Position numbers and translations under genes: made by a program. A DNA stretch of 64,000 bases from Candidatus Eiseniibacteriota bacterium (lineage in GTDB: Bacteria > Eisenbacteria > RBG-16-71-46 > CAVPCR01): assembly GCA_963702435.1 (NCBI GenBank), contig CAVPCR010000001.1:288001-352000 (forward strand). The letters run 5' to 3'. How positions within the stretch are numbered: position 1 is the first letter of the stretch; each line of letters opens with the position of its first letter. The notes below the pieces were generated by a model. The model did no database searches, had not been told where the DNA came from, and saw only the letters and a list, made by a program, of their open reading frames with translations. Below, piece after piece: positions 19,842 through 29,730 of this stretch.

Positions 19842-19979
19842 GTAGGCTCCTTCGGATACATGTCGATGTGCCGGCGATGAAGCGATCGGCGGCGCTCGGT
19901 GCGCCGCGGACATGTGCAGTGTAACGGGTTCGCCTGCGATCGGTGCGAGGATACCGGCTTCCGCTCATGGTCCCTCCCC

Positions 19980-22187
19980 TCACGTGGTCTCCGCGTCGGC
20001 GCGCCGGCGGAGGGAGCGGCGCCAGTCGGCGAGGGCGGTGCGGGCGGTGTCGTCCGAGACGCGGCGCTCGCCGAGGTAGGCGGCGAAGGCGCGGCCGGTA
20101 GCGGGATGGATGCCGAGACGCGCGATCAAGTGATCGGGGGCGAGCCCGCCGAGCTCGACGGTGCCCTGGTGGATGGCGGGGCGATGGTGGCCGGCGCAGA
20201 CGGTGGTGCGGTTGGCGGGGTGGTCGGAGCCGCCGCGGCTCCTGAAGTGGAGGTGGTGATCCTCGAGGTGGGCGTGGCCGGTGCAGCCGGGGCTGGTGCA
20301 GAGGAAGCCGTCGCGGCAGAGGACGGGATGGGCGCGGCGGTGGCGGTCGCAGATCTCGGGTCCGCTGTGGGTGTCGAGGAAGTGGCAGAGGAGGAGCTCG
20401 AGGTAGACCCAGGAGGGGCGGAGCGGATCGGCCTGGCTCAGCCGGCAGCGCAGGAGCGCGGAGAGGGCGAGGTCGAGGACGTCGGGCGGGAGGAAGAAGC
20501 GGATGGTGGCGAGGCAGCGCTCCTGGGGGAGGAGGGCGAGGTCGGCAGGGAAGCCGGCGATCGCGGGAAGGCCGCGCGGGGTGGTGGGCGGGAGCGGGTA
20601 GCCGAGGGGAACGTCGGGGGGGACGGTGGTGTCGCCGGCGGCCGCGGTCGCGTCAAACGCTGTCGGGTCATGTGAAGTGGTGGAGTCGTCCGGGCCGGCC
20701 GCCGCGGTCGCCGCGGTCGCCCCGCCCGCCTCGGCCGCCGCGGTCGCGTCAAACGCTGTCGGGTCATGTGAAATCTTGGTGCTGTTCGCCCCGGGGTCCT
20801 CCCTCCTTTGCGCAAAGCCCATGGCGATGAGACCGTCGGCCCACGAGGCGAGCACGCTCTCGTCGGCGCCCGGCAACGCGAACAGCCGCGCGAACTCGGT
20901 CACCCGCTCGATCTCGCGATAGGTGAGGCGGGCCGCCCAGTTCACCCACAGCTCCTCGGTGGTCTCGTGCAACAGAGGTAACAAGAGCAAAGCCGCGGTG
21001 TACGAGAGCTCGCCGGCGCGATGCGCGGCGCGCACCTCGGGGAAGCGCTCGAGGCCATGGTGGAAGCGGACGAGCCGCTCGGCCTGGCGGAGGCCGAAGC
21101 CCAACCGCTCCTCGCAGTAGGTCGTGAAGTCGGCGAAGCCGAGCTGGGCCCACAGGAGCGCGCCGTGGAGCCGGGCGAGGCGGCGGGCGATCTCGGTCCG
21201 CAGGCGGCTCTGGTAGCGCGCGATGCGGACGAGGGTCTCCCCGAGCACCCAGGGATCGGCGGCGGGATCGATCACGCAGTCGGGCGGCAGCACGTCGGCG
21301 GGCACGGTCCACTGGACGCGCGGGAAGCGGGCGGCCGGCGGCGCCTCCTCTTCCGGCACCGTGGGCCGCTCGCGCCGCGGCTTCTTGTGCGCCTGCGCGT
21401 TCATCGCGGCCATCAGGTCGGCGATGAGGCGCTGGCGCGCGGCGTCGGCGATCGCGGCCCCGAGCAGGTCGGGCTCCGGATCCGGTCGGTCACCGCCGGT
21501 GGCGGCGAGGTACTCGGCGAAGATGAGCTCGGCGGCCTGGCCCTGCCGCAGGTGCTCGCCCGCGGTGGCGCGGGCCACGGCGACCGTCTCCTGCCAGAGG
21601 ACGCCGATGCGCGCGGGCGCGGGGATCATCATCCAGCCGCCATCGGGCGCCGGGTCCATGCCCTCGGCCGCCTTCTCTTCCGTGACTTCTTCCTTCTCCC
21701 CCCGCTCCGCCCTCGCCGTGCGCACGCGCCGCTCAAGCGCGCGGAAGGTGAGCCCCGTCGCCGCCGCGATCCAGCGCGCGCTCTCCTCAGCTGAAGTCTC
21801 CGCCGTCACCACCGCCGCCAGCTCGAGCACGTGCGATGCGCTCAGCCGCCCCCCGACGAACGCTTGATCGAGCACCGGGGTCGCCTCCAGCACCCGCCCG
21901 AGCCGCGCCAGTCGCCGCGCCGTCCCTTCCTCGATCCCCACATGCTCGCGCACGAAGTCGATCGCCCGCACGTAGCCGAGCGGCCGATAGCGCTCCCCGT
22001 CCCACAAAGCGGCGAGACCGCGCGCGAGCTCCCGCTCCGCACGCGCCTCGGCATGCACGAGCGCCCACAGCTCGCGATCGAGCGCGCGCGCTGCCCACAG
22101 CGCCGGCGCGGGCGAGAGCACCTCCCGCTGCGGGTCGCCCGCGAACTCCCCCGGCTCCCATCGCCGTTCGACCGGTCGCACGGACAC
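19980..22187 (-). CDS. DUF222-like HNH endonuclease with duplicated N-terminal helical domain (start approximate)
   Basis: C-terminal RDGFLCTSPGC...EDHHLHFRSRGGSDHPANRTTVCAGHH; two copies of LG(Y/F)xxxxx(F/Y)xxExxG...RLxR...LExxP...GxLS. Confidence 0.8.
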   Translation of the reverse strand: MSVRPVERRWEPGEFAGDPQREVLSPAPALWAARALDRELWALVHAEARAERELARGLAALWDGERYRPLGYVRAIDFVREHVGIEEGTARRLARLGRVLEATPVLDQAFVGGRLSASHVLELAAVVTAETSAEESARWIAAATGLTFRALERRVRTARAERGEKEEVTEEKAAEGMDPAPDGGWMMIPAPARIGVLWQETVAVARATAGEHLRQGQAAELIFAEYLAATGGDRPDPEPDLLGAAIADAARQRLIADLMAAMNAQAHKKPRRERPTVPEEEAPPAARFPRVQWTVPADVLPPDCVIDPAADPWVLGETLVRIARYQSRLRTEIARRLARLHGALLWAQLGFADFTTYCEERLGFGLRQAERLVRFHHGLERFPEVRAAHRAGELSYTAALLLLPLLHETTEELWVNWAARLTYREIERVTEFARLFALPGADESVLASWADGLIAMGFAQRREDPGANSTKISHDPTAFDATAAAEAGGATAATAAAGPDDSTTSHDPTAFDATAAAGDTTVPPDVPLGYPLPPTTPRGLPAIAGFPADLALLPQERCLATIRFFLPPDVLDLALSALLRCRLSQADPLRPSWVYLELLLCHFLDTHSGPEICDRHRRAHPVLCRDGFLCTSPGCTGHAHLEDHHLHFRSRGGSDHPANRTTVCAGHHRPAIHQGTVELGGLAPDHLIARLGIHPATGRAFAAYLGERRVSDDTARTALADWRRSLRRRADAETT
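20641..20772. repeat. 36-bp direct repeat, 2 copies 96 bp apart, inside the HNH gene (encodes SHDPTAFDATAA)
   Basis: gccgcggtcgcgtcaaacgctgtcgggtcatgtgaa at 20641 and 20737. Confidence 0.9.
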
Positions 22188-22449
22188 GGCACAGCCCTTC
22201 CCGGCCGCGAACGCCCGCTCCCGCACGAAGCGGCAGCGCTCGCGGCACCCACGCGTCGCCCGGACCCGAGACGGGGCCAGGGCGCGCAAAAGCACGATGT
22301 CGGGGTCGATCGGGGCGGCGCGCGCGGGGTCGGAAGGGGCGCGCCGCCCGGGTTCACTTGAGCTTCGGCCTATCGGTCCAGAGGAGGAGGGGGCCGCGGC
22401 GGGAAGGTGGGCGAGGCGAGGGCGCGGCCCGAAGCTCCTCTATGGCTTG

Positions 22450-22478
22450 AACCTAGCGGGGCGGCCCGCGCCTGTCAA
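22450..22478 (-). promoter_or_regulatory. sigma70-type promoter upstream of the HNH gene
   Basis: TTGACA-17 nt-TAGGTT, preceded by an AT-rich UP-like tract. Confidence 0.6.
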
Positions 22479-22570
22479 TACAAAAGTGTAGCCCAGGCCG
22501 ATTTTTTTCAGTGCTCGTCCCAGCCCCGTCCGCCTAGCCACCGGCCCGCCGCGGCTACCCGACCGCCGGC

Positions 22571-23269
22571 TCAGTTGAGGGAGCCCCGAGGACTTGGGCC
22601 CGGCCGCCGCGCATGCACCCGTCGAGCCGCACCGCGCCCCATGTCCGCATCGAGAACCGCGCTCGGCCGATGCGGATCGATGATGTCGGAGATCCCGCAT
22701 TCAGCGAACAGCGCGAGCAATGTCTCGGTCCCCTCGTGCAGCTTCACCCGGAGTTCCTCCCCGTAGAGAGGAATGACTGTCAGGAAGCTGATCTTCCGTT
22801 CGCTCGGTCCCCTCATCGTGCTGAACCGCGCCGGCAACATTGGCGAGTGACGCAGGAGCGCCGCGGTCAGCCGGGTCCCGGGTGCGTACGGTCGCGGCGG
22901 ATCTTCGGCATCGCCGATCGAGTGCCCGCAGCCTAACCAGGTCTTGTTCCGGTGCGGGTAGCGTGCGAGGTCCGTGAGCATGCGGACCGGCCAGCAGTGC
23001 CGCTCGGACGACAGCAGCCAGCCGGGATGAAGGAGCGCCACCAGTTCGGCATAGCGCCAGCAGAAGGCCGCTTCCGGAGTCCTCATCGGAAGTTCGCTCA
23101 TTCCCGACGTGACGAGCAGATCGAAGGGCCGCCGCCTCGAAGCAGGAACGTAGTGCACATCGATGTGCAGCGCGTCCGACTCGAGTTCGTGGAAGACGAA
23201 CGCGATCTTGCCGACGCGGCGCTCGATGTGCCCGCAGATCGCCGCGATCAGGGAAACGTCACCAGGCAT
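22571..23269 (-). CDS. Suppressor-of-fused (SUFU) domain protein
   Basis: VFHELES..HIDVH, LVTSGMS, YAEL, LARYPH...WLGCGHS, FLTVIPLY.EE. Confidence 0.85.
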   Translation of the reverse strand: MPGDVSLIAAICGHIERRVGKIAFVFHELESDALHIDVHYVPASRRRPFDLLVTSGMSELPMRTPEAAFCWRYAELVALLHPGWLLSSERHCWPVRMLTDLARYPHRNKTWLGCGHSIGDAEDPPRPYAPGTRLTAALLRHSPMLPARFSTMRGPSERKISFLTVIPLYGEELRVKLHEGTETLLALFAECGISDIIDPHRPSAVLDADMGRGAARRVHARRPGPSPRGSLN

Positions 23270-23732
23270 GGTCCCACTCCCTGGTCGCCCGACCCACGAG
23301 GCTTCCGACCCCCGGCCTGCTTGCGGCGATGACGATGATGACAACGCCGATGGCACTCGCCGTGCCGAATCACGCCTCACCACGTGGCCGCATGCACGGA
23401 ACATGCCACGGGGGTCAGACAAGTCGCGTCAGCGAACGCCGGGAGCGATCGCCGGCAGCGGAGCCGCGGAGCACGCGACACGAACAGCCCGGCCTTTCGC
23501 ACGGCGCTTGCCTTCTCGCTCGGCAGCCTCTCGATCCCGGACGGCTCCTCCTCCTCCTGGATTCGCCGGGTCGATCTCGAAGTGCCGAGCGCCGATGACG
23601 GACTCACCGTGGATGACTTCTCGATGACACCGTTGCCGTCCAGCGCGGCGCTCGAGGATCCTTCGCCAATGGCCGGCGCGACGTGGCGCGCGATCAGGAA
23701 GCTCTATCGCAGGAAACGCGAAGACACGCGGG

Positions 23733-24266
23733 TCACGCCATGCGGGTGCGCAGCTGATCGATCCGACTGCGGAGCGGAGAACCGGGAGTCGCTCCGACCT
23801 GGTCGGTGAGGATCTCCGCCGCCCGGAAGGCGGCGCTTGCAGCGGCTCGATCGCCACCGCGCTCCTCCGCCTCGGCACGAGAGCAGAGGAGCATGGCCAG
23901 GTCGCCGAGCGTGGTTCTCTCCGGCTTCGCGGGGGCGCTTGCATCGCCACCCGCGGCGGCGCTCGCATCGTCTCCCGCAGCGGCGCTCGCATCGACTCCC
24001 GCGGCGGCGCTCGCATCATTCCCCGCGGCAGCGCCCCCCTCGCTGCTCGCGTCGACTCCCGCATCGACTCCGGCCCCCGGCGACGCGGTCCCGGCGCGCT
24101 GGAGATCGCGGCTGAACCCGGCGATCCGCGCGACGTCACGGAGGGCCGTCACGGAGAGATGCTCCTCGGAGTCAAGCGCGCTCGACTCGGCCCCCGCCCA
24201 GTCGATCGTCTTCCCATCGAGAACTCTCGCGATCAGCTCGTTCAGACGATCTGCATCACCGCTCAT
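23733..24266 (-). CDS. ECF-associated protein; resembles the ends of an ECF-coupled Ser/Thr kinase but has no kinase domain
   Basis: Overlaps the sigma factor stop; N-terminal LIARVLDGKTIDW; central (AAAGxDAS)n repeats; short helical C-terminus. Confidence 0.55.
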   Translation of the reverse strand: MSGDADRLNELIARVLDGKTIDWAGAESSALDSEEHLSVTALRDVARIAGFSRDLQRAGTASPGAGVDAGVDASSEGGAAAGNDASAAAGVDASAAAGDDASAAAGGDASAPAKPERTTLGDLAMLLCSRAEAEERGGDRAAASAAFRAAEILTDQVGATPGSPLRSRIDQLRTRMA

Positions 24267-24846
24267 GACCCATGCCCTCCGCGAGCGACTTGAGCGCGCG
24301 CCGTACGGCCATGCGCGCTGCGTCCCCGCTCGGGCGATCGGTCATCGCGGCGATCTCCTCGTAGTCGAAGTCGAGCTCGATGCGCAGGTGAATCAGCTGC
24401 TGCGCCTCTGGGGGCAGGCACTCGAGCGCTCGTTCATAGCGGTCCAGCACGTCGGCTCCGATCGCGGCCTCGAGGGGCGAGGGTAACGAGTCTTCCAGGA
24501 ACTCGGGCACGCCGTCCGGGCCCGGCCGGCGCCGGGCCCAGCGGATCTGATCTCGAATACGATTGAGAACCGCTTGCCGAACATAGGCCTGGAAGCCGCT
24601 CGCACCGCGAACCTCCACCCCCGCGAGACCCTCGATCACTCTGAGCAGTGTCTCCTGCACGAGATCCACGGTATCGACGAGCGACCGAGCATAGGGAGGC
24701 AGCCGGCCGCTCGCCCACCGCTCGAGGCGCGGCAGGTACCGCGCCATGAGCGCGTCGAGGGCAGCGGGATCCCCGTCCTTGGCGCGCAGGAGCAGCTCCG
24801 ATGTGAGGAGCAAGTCTGGTGATGGAGGATGGCCGGGAGTGGACAT
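24256..24846 (-). CDS. ECF-type RNA polymerase sigma factor
   Basis: LLRAKDGDPAALDAL...DTVDLVQET...NRIRD (region 2); YEEIAAM...AARMAVRRAL (region 4). Confidence 0.9.
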   Translation of the reverse strand: MSTPGHPPSPDLLLTSELLLRAKDGDPAALDALMARYLPRLERWASGRLPPYARSLVDTVDLVQETLLRVIEGLAGVEVRGASGFQAYVRQAVLNRIRDQIRWARRRPGPDGVPEFLEDSLPSPLEAAIGADVLDRYERALECLPPEAQQLIHLRIELDFDYEEIAAMTDRPSGDAARMAVRRALKSLAEGMGHER

Positions 24847-25092
24847 GGGTGCCAGGGATCGCTCCGCACCGGTGTGCGGTCGCCGGGGGTGATCGCGAGA
24901 TTCGACCAATGGGCATCCAGTATGGACCGGAGCCCCGATCTCCGCCAGAGGCCGGAGGCCACCCGGGCCGCCCCCCTCTCCGTTCGTTCTTCGGTCCTTT
25001 GACGTATTCAGAGGGACAGACGTGACGAGGCCCGCCGCCCTGGATAGGGCCGCGTCAGAACCAATGCTGGAAGGACACATCTGGAAGGACGC

Positions 25093-28000
25093 ATGAAGAT
25101 AGCGATCTCCACGGTGAGGCTCCGGGGAACCATGGTCACCGCCGATGCCGCGCGTGTCATCGTCGCCACTTGCGCCCCGCGCGCCACTTGCGCCCCGCGT
25201 GCCACCCGCCCCCCGCGTGCCACCCGCGCCCCGCGTGCCACCCGCGCCCCGCGTGCCGCCCGCGCCCCGCGTGCCACCCGCGCCCCGCGCGCCACCCGCG
25301 CCCCGCGCGCCACCCGCGCCCCGCGCGCCACCCGCGCCCCGCGCGCCACCCGCGCTGCCTCTGTCGCCCGCGCCGCCACGGCGGTCGCCCTGCTTGCTTC
25401 CGCCCTGGTCATCGCCTTCGCTCTGCCGGCCCTGGCGCGCCCGGCGGCCGACCGGATCAGCTCGAGGGCAGGTGCCGATGGCGGATGGTGGCAGTCGATC
25501 GCGCGGAACATGGCGGCTGCGGAGTACCGCGCTGCCCCGGGCCCCACGGGACTCGAGGCCCGCAACAGGGCCCAGAACCTGCGCACGCTCTTTCAGGACT
25601 CGGAGATCGCGATCTCCCCGCGGGAGGATGCGGCGACCGCGGCCTGGCGCGTGGCGTGGCGACTGACCCGGGTGGGCCGGCCCGGCGCGATGACTGCGGC
25701 CGGTCCCGCCGCTCCGAGCACGGACGGGACGCGCATCGATTACCGGCGGGCCGGGCTCGTCGAGTGGTACGAGAACAGGCCGGAAGGAGTGAAGCAGGGG
25801 TTCGACATGCTGGCCGCACCCGCCGGCGCCGGCCCCCTGCACCTCGAAGGAGAGCTCGCGAGCGATCTCCTTCCCGTGTTCCGAGCCGAGGACGATGTGA
25901 TCGACTTCTTCGATGCAGACGGCGCGTGCGTGTTCAGCTACTCGGGGCTCGAGGTCTGGGACGCGACCGGGCGCCCGCTACCCGCAGCGCTCCTCTTCAC
26001 CGGCACGGCGCTCCTGATCCGGGTCGACGACCGGGACGCGACGTATCCCGTCACCGTCGACCCGCTCATGACCTCGCCCGCGTGGACCCGCGAGGGGAAC
26101 CAGCTCGGCGCCGGCTTCGGCGTGTCGGTGGCCACGGCCGGGGATGTGAACCGCGACGGCTACTCCGATGTCATCGTCGGTGCCCAGTACTACGACAATG
26201 GGGAGGCCAATGAGGGCCGGGCTTTCCTGTACCTCGGCTCCCCGACCGGACTCGCGACGACTCCATCCTGGACGGCCGAATCGAATCAGGCCGATTCCAG
26301 GCTCGGCTGCTCGGTGGCGACCGCGGGCGACGTGAACGGCGACGGCCACGCCGATGTCATCGTCGGGGCGTCCCAATGGGACAATGGGCAGAACGAAGAG
26401 GGCCGGGCCTATGTGTACCTCGGCACGGCCGCGGGGCTTGCACCCACGCCGGCGTGGACCGCGGAGCCAAACCTCGCCACCGCCTACTTCGGCTCGGCCG
26501 TCGCCACCGCCGGTGACGTGAACGGTGACGGCTACTCCGATGTCATCGTCGGGGCACCCATCCATAACGGGCAGGCGGGGTTCGCCTCGGTCTACCTCGG
26601 CTCCGCCGCCGGCATCGCCGCGACCCCCGCCTGGACCGGCAATTCAGGACAGGGAGGAAGCTGGTACGGAGGCTCGGTAGCCACGGCCGGTGACGTGAAC
26701 GGTGACGGCTACTCCGATGTCATCGTCGGCGCCGACTCGTATGACAATGGGCAAACGAACGAGGGCCGTGCCTTCCTCTACCTCGGCTCGGCGACCGGAC
26801 TCCCTAACCTCTCGGCGTGGAAGGCCGAGTCGAACGTCACCGGCGCGCACTTCGGCGGGTCCGTGGCCGGGGCCGGCGATGTGAACGGGGACGGCTTCGC
26901 CGATGTCGTTGTGGGCGCGGGCCAGTACGGGAATGGTCAGTCCCTCGAGGGCGCTGCCTTCCTGTACCTCGGCTCGGCCGGCGGGCTCGCGACCACCGCT
27001 TCATGGACCGTCGAATCGAACCAGATCGGCGCCCACCTTGGCGACAAGGTGGCCGCGGCCGGCGACGTGAACGGCGATGGCTACGCCGATGTCATCGTCG
27101 GCGCGCCCGAGTACGACAACGGGCAGACCGACGAGGGCAAGGTGTTCGTCTATCTCGGCGGGTCCGGGGGTCTACCCACCATTCACACCTGGACCGCGGA
27201 GCCGGACCAGGCCGATGCGAAGTACGGATCCTCCGCGGCCACGGCCGGCGACGTGAACGGCGACGGCTTCTCCGATGTCATCGTCGGCGCCGATCGGTAC
27301 GACAACGGCGAAGATGGCGAAGGGCGGGCGTTCGTTTACCACGGCTCGGGAGGAACCACATCCGACCGCCCGCGGCTATTCATGTCCTCGCCCCAGGCCA
27401 ACTCGTTCCTCGGCGGCGCGGTGGCCGGCGCCGGCGACGTGAACGGCGACGGCTACGGCGATTTCGTCTGCGGTGCCGCCAACTACGACAACGGACAGAC
27501 CGACGAGGGCGGGGCGTTCATCTACGTCGGCGAACCCGACGACGCTTCCTTGCAGCGGATCGTCGAACCCAATCAGGCCGACGCCCACTTCGGGTGGGCA
27601 GCGGCCGGTGCCGGCGACGTGAACGGCGACGGCTTCACCGATGTCATCGTCGGCGCCCCCGACTACGATAACGGTCAGTCGAACGAGGGGCGAGCCTACG
27701 TCTATCTCGGCTCTGCCACCGGGATCGCGGCTACACCCGCCTGGACCGCCGAGCCGAACCAGGCCGAGGCGCATTTCGGGTGGAGCGTGGCGAGCGCCGG
27801 CGACGTGAACGGCGACGGGTATGCCGATGTGATCGTCGGCGCCTACCAGTTCGACAACGGAACGGAGGATGAGGGACGCGCCTTCGTCTATCACGGCTCG
27901 GCCACCGGGCTCGCGACGACGCCGGCGTGGACCGGCGAGTCGAACCAGCAGATCGCCTCGTTCGGATACTCCGTGGCGAGCGCGGGTGACGTGAACGGCG

Positions 28001-29397
28001 ACGGCTTCTCCGACGTGATCGTGGGGGCGTATCTCTACGACAATGGCCAGTCGAACGAGGGGCGCGCCTTCGTCTACCACGGCTCGGCGTCCGGACTCGC
28101 GGCGACTCCGGCGTGGACCGGGGAGTCGAACCAGGCAGTCGCGGACTTCGGCTTCTCGGTGGCGAGCGCCGGCGACGTGAACGGCGACGGGTTCTCCGAC
28201 GTCATCGTCGGGGCCGAAGCCTATGACAACGGCGAGAGCGAGGAGGGCCGCGCCTTCGTCTACCACGGCTCTCCCACGGGGCTCGCGACGGCGCCGGCGT
28301 GGACCGGCGAGTCGAACCAGTCCGGCGCCCAGTTCGGCTTCTCGGTCAGCACGGCCGGCGACGTGAACGCCGACGGCTTCTCCGATGTGGTCGTCGGAGC
28401 CGTCTTCTACACGAACAACGAGTCCTTCGAAGGCGGGGCTTCCATCTACCACGGCTCGGCCGCCGGGCTCGCCGCCGCGCCCGCCGTGACGGTGGAGCCG
28501 GACTGGGCGAACGCGTGGTTCGGCTACGCGGTGGCGCTCCTCGGTGACGTGAACGGCGACGGCTTCTCCGACGTCCTGATCGGCGCCCCCTACTATGACT
28601 CGCGCGGTCTGCCCGAGAACGGGTGGGCCTTCGCCTATCTCGGCAACGGCCCCGGCCCCAACAGCGCCGGCGGGAGCTACAACTCCGGCCGCGACCGGAT
28701 CGCGCGCCAGGCACGCTCGGACGACTCGGCGCCGATCGCGCTCCTCGGGCGATCGAACTTCCAGAACGCGTTTCTCCTCAAGGCTCTCGGCCGCACGCCC
28801 GCCGGGCGCGGCCGCGTCTGGTTCGAGTACGAGGTGGAGCGACTCGGCGTGCCGTTCGACGGCCAGAACCTCGGGCGGAGCGTGGACCTCGACACCGGAG
28901 CGCCCTCCCAGATCGCCGGGAGCGCCGTGCCGCTCAGCGAGGCGGTGCTCGGCCTCACCGACAACACGCCCTACCGCTGGCGGCTTCGGCTCCGCTCCGA
29001 TTCGCCGTTCTTCCCGGGCTCGCCGTGGCTCACGATGCCGGGGAACGGCGCCAGCGAGACCGATCTCCGCACCAGGGGCAATCGCATCGGAGTCGAGGAA
29101 GCCGGCGCCCCGGAGGCGAGACCTCTCCTCCTCGAGCCGATCCATCCCAATCCGTTCGTCGCGCCCGGCGAGATCGCGTACGCGCTGCCGGCTGCGGCGG
29201 CAGTGCGCCTCGCGATCTACGACGTGCAGGGACGAGCGCGAGCGGTCCTCGCCGACGGGGTCGCAGCGACCGGCCGGCATGTCGTGCGCTGGGATGGACG
29301 CGCCGCCGCGGGCGGACGGCTCGAAGCGGGCATCTACTTCGTCCGTCTCGCGGTCGGCGAGCGGGTCGAGACCCGGAAGCTCCTGCTCGCGCCGTGA
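25093..29397 (+). CDS. Large secreted FG-GAP (integrin-alpha-like) repeat protein with C-terminal FlgD-Ig/sorting domain
   Basis: About 14 AGDVNGDG(Y/F)xDVIVGA repeats; C-terminal PNPF...IYDVQGR...WDG...GIYFVRL. Confidence 0.9.
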   Translation: MKIAISTVRLRGTMVTADAARVIVATCAPRATCAPRATRPPRATRAPRATRAPRAARAPRATRAPRATRAPRATRAPRATRAPRATRAASVARAATAVALLASALVIAFALPALARPAADRISSRAGADGGWWQSIARNMAAAEYRAAPGPTGLEARNRAQNLRTLFQDSEIAISPREDAATAAWRVAWRLTRVGRPGAMTAAGPAAPSTDGTRIDYRRAGLVEWYENRPEGVKQGFDMLAAPAGAGPLHLEGELASDLLPVFRAEDDVIDFFDADGACVFSYSGLEVWDATGRPLPAALLFTGTALLIRVDDRDATYPVTVDPLMTSPAWTREGNQLGAGFGVSVATAGDVNRDGYSDVIVGAQYYDNGEANEGRAFLYLGSPTGLATTPSWTAESNQADSRLGCSVATAGDVNGDGHADVIVGASQWDNGQNEEGRAYVYLGTAAGLAPTPAWTAEPNLATAYFGSAVATAGDVNGDGYSDVIVGAPIHNGQAGFASVYLGSAAGIAATPAWTGNSGQGGSWYGGSVATAGDVNGDGYSDVIVGADSYDNGQTNEGRAFLYLGSATGLPNLSAWKAESNVTGAHFGGSVAGAGDVNGDGFADVVVGAGQYGNGQSLEGAAFLYLGSAGGLATTASWTVESNQIGAHLGDKVAAAGDVNGDGYADVIVGAPEYDNGQTDEGKVFVYLGGSGGLPTIHTWTAEPDQADAKYGSSAATAGDVNGDGFSDVIVGADRYDNGEDGEGRAFVYHGSGGTTSDRPRLFMSSPQANSFLGGAVAGAGDVNGDGYGDFVCGAANYDNGQTDEGGAFIYVGEPDDASLQRIVEPNQADAHFGWAAAGAGDVNGDGFTDVIVGAPDYDNGQSNEGRAYVYLGSATGIAATPAWTAEPNQAEAHFGWSVASAGDVNGDGYADVIVGAYQFDNGTEDEGRAFVYHGSATGLATTPAWTGESNQQIASFGYSVASAGDVNGDGFSDVIVGAYLYDNGQSNEGRAFVYHGSASGLAATPAWTGESNQAVADFGFSVASAGDVNGDGFSDVIVGAEAYDNGESEEGRAFVYHGSPTGLATAPAWTGESNQSGAQFGFSVSTAGDVNADGFSDVVVGAVFYTNNESFEGGASIYHGSAAGLAAAPAVTVEPDWANAWFGYAVALLGDVNGDGFSDVLIGAPYYDSRGLPENGWAFAYLGNGPGPNSAGGSYNSGRDRIARQARSDDSAPIALLGRSNFQNAFLLKALGRTPAGRGRVWFEYEVERLGVPFDGQNLGRSVDLDTGAPSQIAGSAVPLSEAVLGLTDNTPYRWRLRLRSDSPFFPGSPWLTMPGNGASETDLRTRGNRIGVEEAGAPEARPLLLEPIHPNPFVAPGEIAYALPAAAAVRLAIYDVQGRARAVLADGVAATGRHVVRWDGRAAAGGRLEAGIYFVRLAVGERVETRKLLLAP
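25165..25355. repeat. 18-bp tandem repeat, about 10.5 copies (gccacccgcgccccgcg[c/t]; ATRAPR)
   Basis: Direct reading; lies in the signal-peptide n-region of the FG-GAP protein. Confidence 0.95.
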
Positions 29398-29730
29398 CGA
29401 GGCGCGCCATGACGAAGGGATCGCGAGATCCTGCCAGACTTGGTTCCCAGGAGGTTCACATGGGGCTTGCACCCGCCGTCACCACAACCAACATCGGACT
29501 GGCGGTCGTTGCCGGAATGGCGTTCCGGTGAAGGAATCGACCGTGTCGATCTTGAACTCCCGGAGGGCGACCATGCGAGTCCGGGTTTCTATTCGAGGGC
29601 AAGCTTTGTCGAGTATCTGGGAGTGTTGAGGTAGAGACGCGCGCCGACCGGCGCTTGCTTCGTCCGGCCGACTCGCTGCCTGTCACGTGGCTGTGGAGAA
29701 GATCGCCATCCTCCGTTGCACGCAGACTGC

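Noticed and set aside
23290..23730. Short ORFs between the SUFU gene and the ECF partner gene
   Set aside because: No motif, RBS or compositional support in any frame.
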